Virus record (IMG/VR): IMGVR_UViG_3300022166_000001
Reading direction: 5' to 3' (one strand)
From: a virus
DNA length: 63,164 bases
The position numbers and the translations under genes were made by a program. Positions 61,982-63,164 of the stretch are shown in pieces; within the stretch, counting starts at the first letter, position 1; each line of letters begins with the position of its first letter. Below the pieces are notes generated by a model. It saw only the letters and a program-made list of their open reading frames with translations. It made no database searches and was not told the DNA's origin.

Positions 61982-62959
61982 ATGGCATATATTGGATCAG
62001 CTCCAACAGCTAATACTTCTCAGTTTAGTTCTATTTATACGCAGTCCTTTAATGGTACTGGTTCAGCTACTTCATTTACTTTAAATAGAGCAGTAGCTAG
62101 TGTTAACAATATTGAGGTTGTTGTTAATAACGTTCAACAATCTCCTTTTGATGGTTCTTATACTGTCACTGGATTGACTACATTGTTGTTTAGTGAGGCA
62201 CCTTCAAGCGGTACAAATAATATTTATGTTATTTACCGTGATCAGCCTTTGCAAAGTATTACGGATACGGGTGCTGTAAGACGTACTGGTGATACAATGA
62301 CTGGTCAGCTTAAAATAGATGGTCCTCTAACAACTATTTCGCCTACTGCAAGAGGTATTTATGCGGGTTATGACCCTATAACTCCAAACAATATTGGCCT
62401 TGAAATTGTATCAGGTACAAATGGTATTTCTTGGTTAGATTTCAGTGATGGTAACGGCTCTGATTTTAGAGGACGCGTAGCTTACAATAACTCAAATAAT
62501 ACTCTTGAATTTGGCACTAATGGTATATCAAGAGCTAGTATTGATAGCGCTGGTAGATTAACTGTATTATACCAGCCCATGTTTTGTGGATTTAGAAGTA
62601 CTTCACCAAACACTATAGGCGCGGGTAACGTTGTAATTCATAATTCAGTTATAACTGATATTGGTAGTTGTTATAGCCAATCTACTGGTAGATTTACTTG
62701 CCCTGTTGCTGGAAAATATTTAGTATCAATAGAGGGTCATGCTGAAAATTCTCAGCCTACTGCGCACAATATCAGAAAAAATGGTACAAGCATTGCATAC
62801 ACTTATGCATCTGTTCCATCTGGTAGCTATGCTGCATCTTCTAAAACATTAATTTTAAATTGCGCAGTAAACGATTATATTGATCACTACATTTCTAGCG
62901 GCACATTATGGTGTGGTGACGCTTCTGGCGTATCAGTATCTATTTCGCTAATCGCTTAA
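61982..62959 (+). CDS. Tail fibre with a C-terminal C1q/TNF-like tip (family B, 3 of 3)
   Basis: N-terminal MAYIGSAPT anchor-like region. C-terminal FTCPVAGKYLVSIEGH...IRKNGTS...VNDYIDHY. Confidence 0.6.
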   Translation: MAYIGSAPTANTSQFSSIYTQSFNGTGSATSFTLNRAVASVNNIEVVVNNVQQSPFDGSYTVTGLTTLLFSEAPSSGTNNIYVIYRDQPLQSITDTGAVRRTGDTMTGQLKIDGPLTTISPTARGIYAGYDPITPNNIGLEIVSGTNGISWLDFSDGNGSDFRGRVAYNNSNNTLEFGTNGISRASIDSAGRLTVLYQPMFCGFRSTSPNTIGAGNVVIHNSVITDIGSCYSQSTGRFTCPVAGKYLVSIEGHAENSQPTAHNIRKNGTSIAYTYASVPSGSYAASSKTLILNCAVNDYIDHYISSGTLWCGDASGVSVSISLIA

Positions 62960-62971
62960 AGGATAAAACAA

Positions 62972-63164
62972 ATGACAAATTACACAATCACACTCTCTAC
63001 TGCAGAAGACTCTGCACTCTCTTACGCAGCTCTTTCACAAGACGACTGGATTCAAAACGCAGTACATGAACGCTGCCGAGTAGCTATCGATGAAATCGTT
63101 CAGATCACAGTAGCAAAATGCTTAGAGACTTCTACACAGATTCCAGGTTCAAAAGAGGAAATGG
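62972..63164 (+). CDS. 5' part of the wrap-around CDS that ends at 221
   Basis: AAGGA RBS and ATG 62972. The frame stays open to the window end and into copy 1 of the overlap. Confidence 0.6.
   Translation, partial: MTNYTITLSTAEDSALSYAALSQDDWIQNAVHERCRVAIDEIVQITVAKCLETSTQIPGSKEEM
63042..63164. repeat. Terminal redundancy, copy 2 (identical to 1-123)
   Basis: Same evidence as for copy 1. Confidence 0.95.

Noticed and set aside
1-63164. Temperate lifestyle or prophage features (integrase, repressor, att sites)
   Set aside because: I recognised no recombinase or repressor-like ORF. The genome is closed on itself with no flanking host sequence.

Overview
The window is a complete tailed-phage genome closed on itself: bases 1-123 are identical to 63042-63164, and a CDS reads through the junction. 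I saw no integrase, repressor or other lysogeny gene.

Architecture is two-armed and N4-like.
- Plus arm (51395 -> window end -> 21740), late genes: large terminase, portal, scaffold, major capsid, a large tail-fibre/receptor-binding module, an embedded lysis cassette, PhoH, and many virion proteins. It ends with three giant genes of 1001, 1264 and 1180 aa.
- Minus arm (about 50865 -> 21793): small early ORFs, then SSB, RNA ligase, DNA ligase, two deaminases, family-A DNA polymerase, 5'-3' exonuclease, primase-helicase, a 733-aa T7-like RNA polymerase, class II RNR, thioredoxin, a tRNA cluster, an RyR-like protein and a Dps-like protein. Five homing-type endonucleases are scattered through it.
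- The arms converge on a strong bidirectional terminator (21751-21794).
- They diverge at 50.8-51.4 kb, where base composition is extreme.

Main second-look items:
1. The 1180-aa last gene of the virion operon carries the T7/N4 single-subunit RNAP motifs in register. The phage therefore appears to encode two RNAPs, one of them probably virion-delivered and free-standing rather than embedded in a 3500-aa polyprotein as in N4.
2. A 366-nt tract (50803-51168) has only 7 T on the plus strand. All six frames are open, and the rare A residues on the early-sense strand fall in Shine-Dalgarno, start and stop signals.
3. A 20-nt motif (consensus TAGTCGGTACCTAATAGGAA) occurs 9 times, always intergenic and always pointing into the downstream genes. 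It has a T7-promoter-like layout.
4. A reverse-oriented cassette with its own promoter and terminator interrupts the minus arm.
5. Tandem hairpin repeats and other hairpins sit in the early intergenic gaps.
6. The receptor-binding module is built from two paralogous families.

All functional calls rest on motifs read by eye; no database search was possible.
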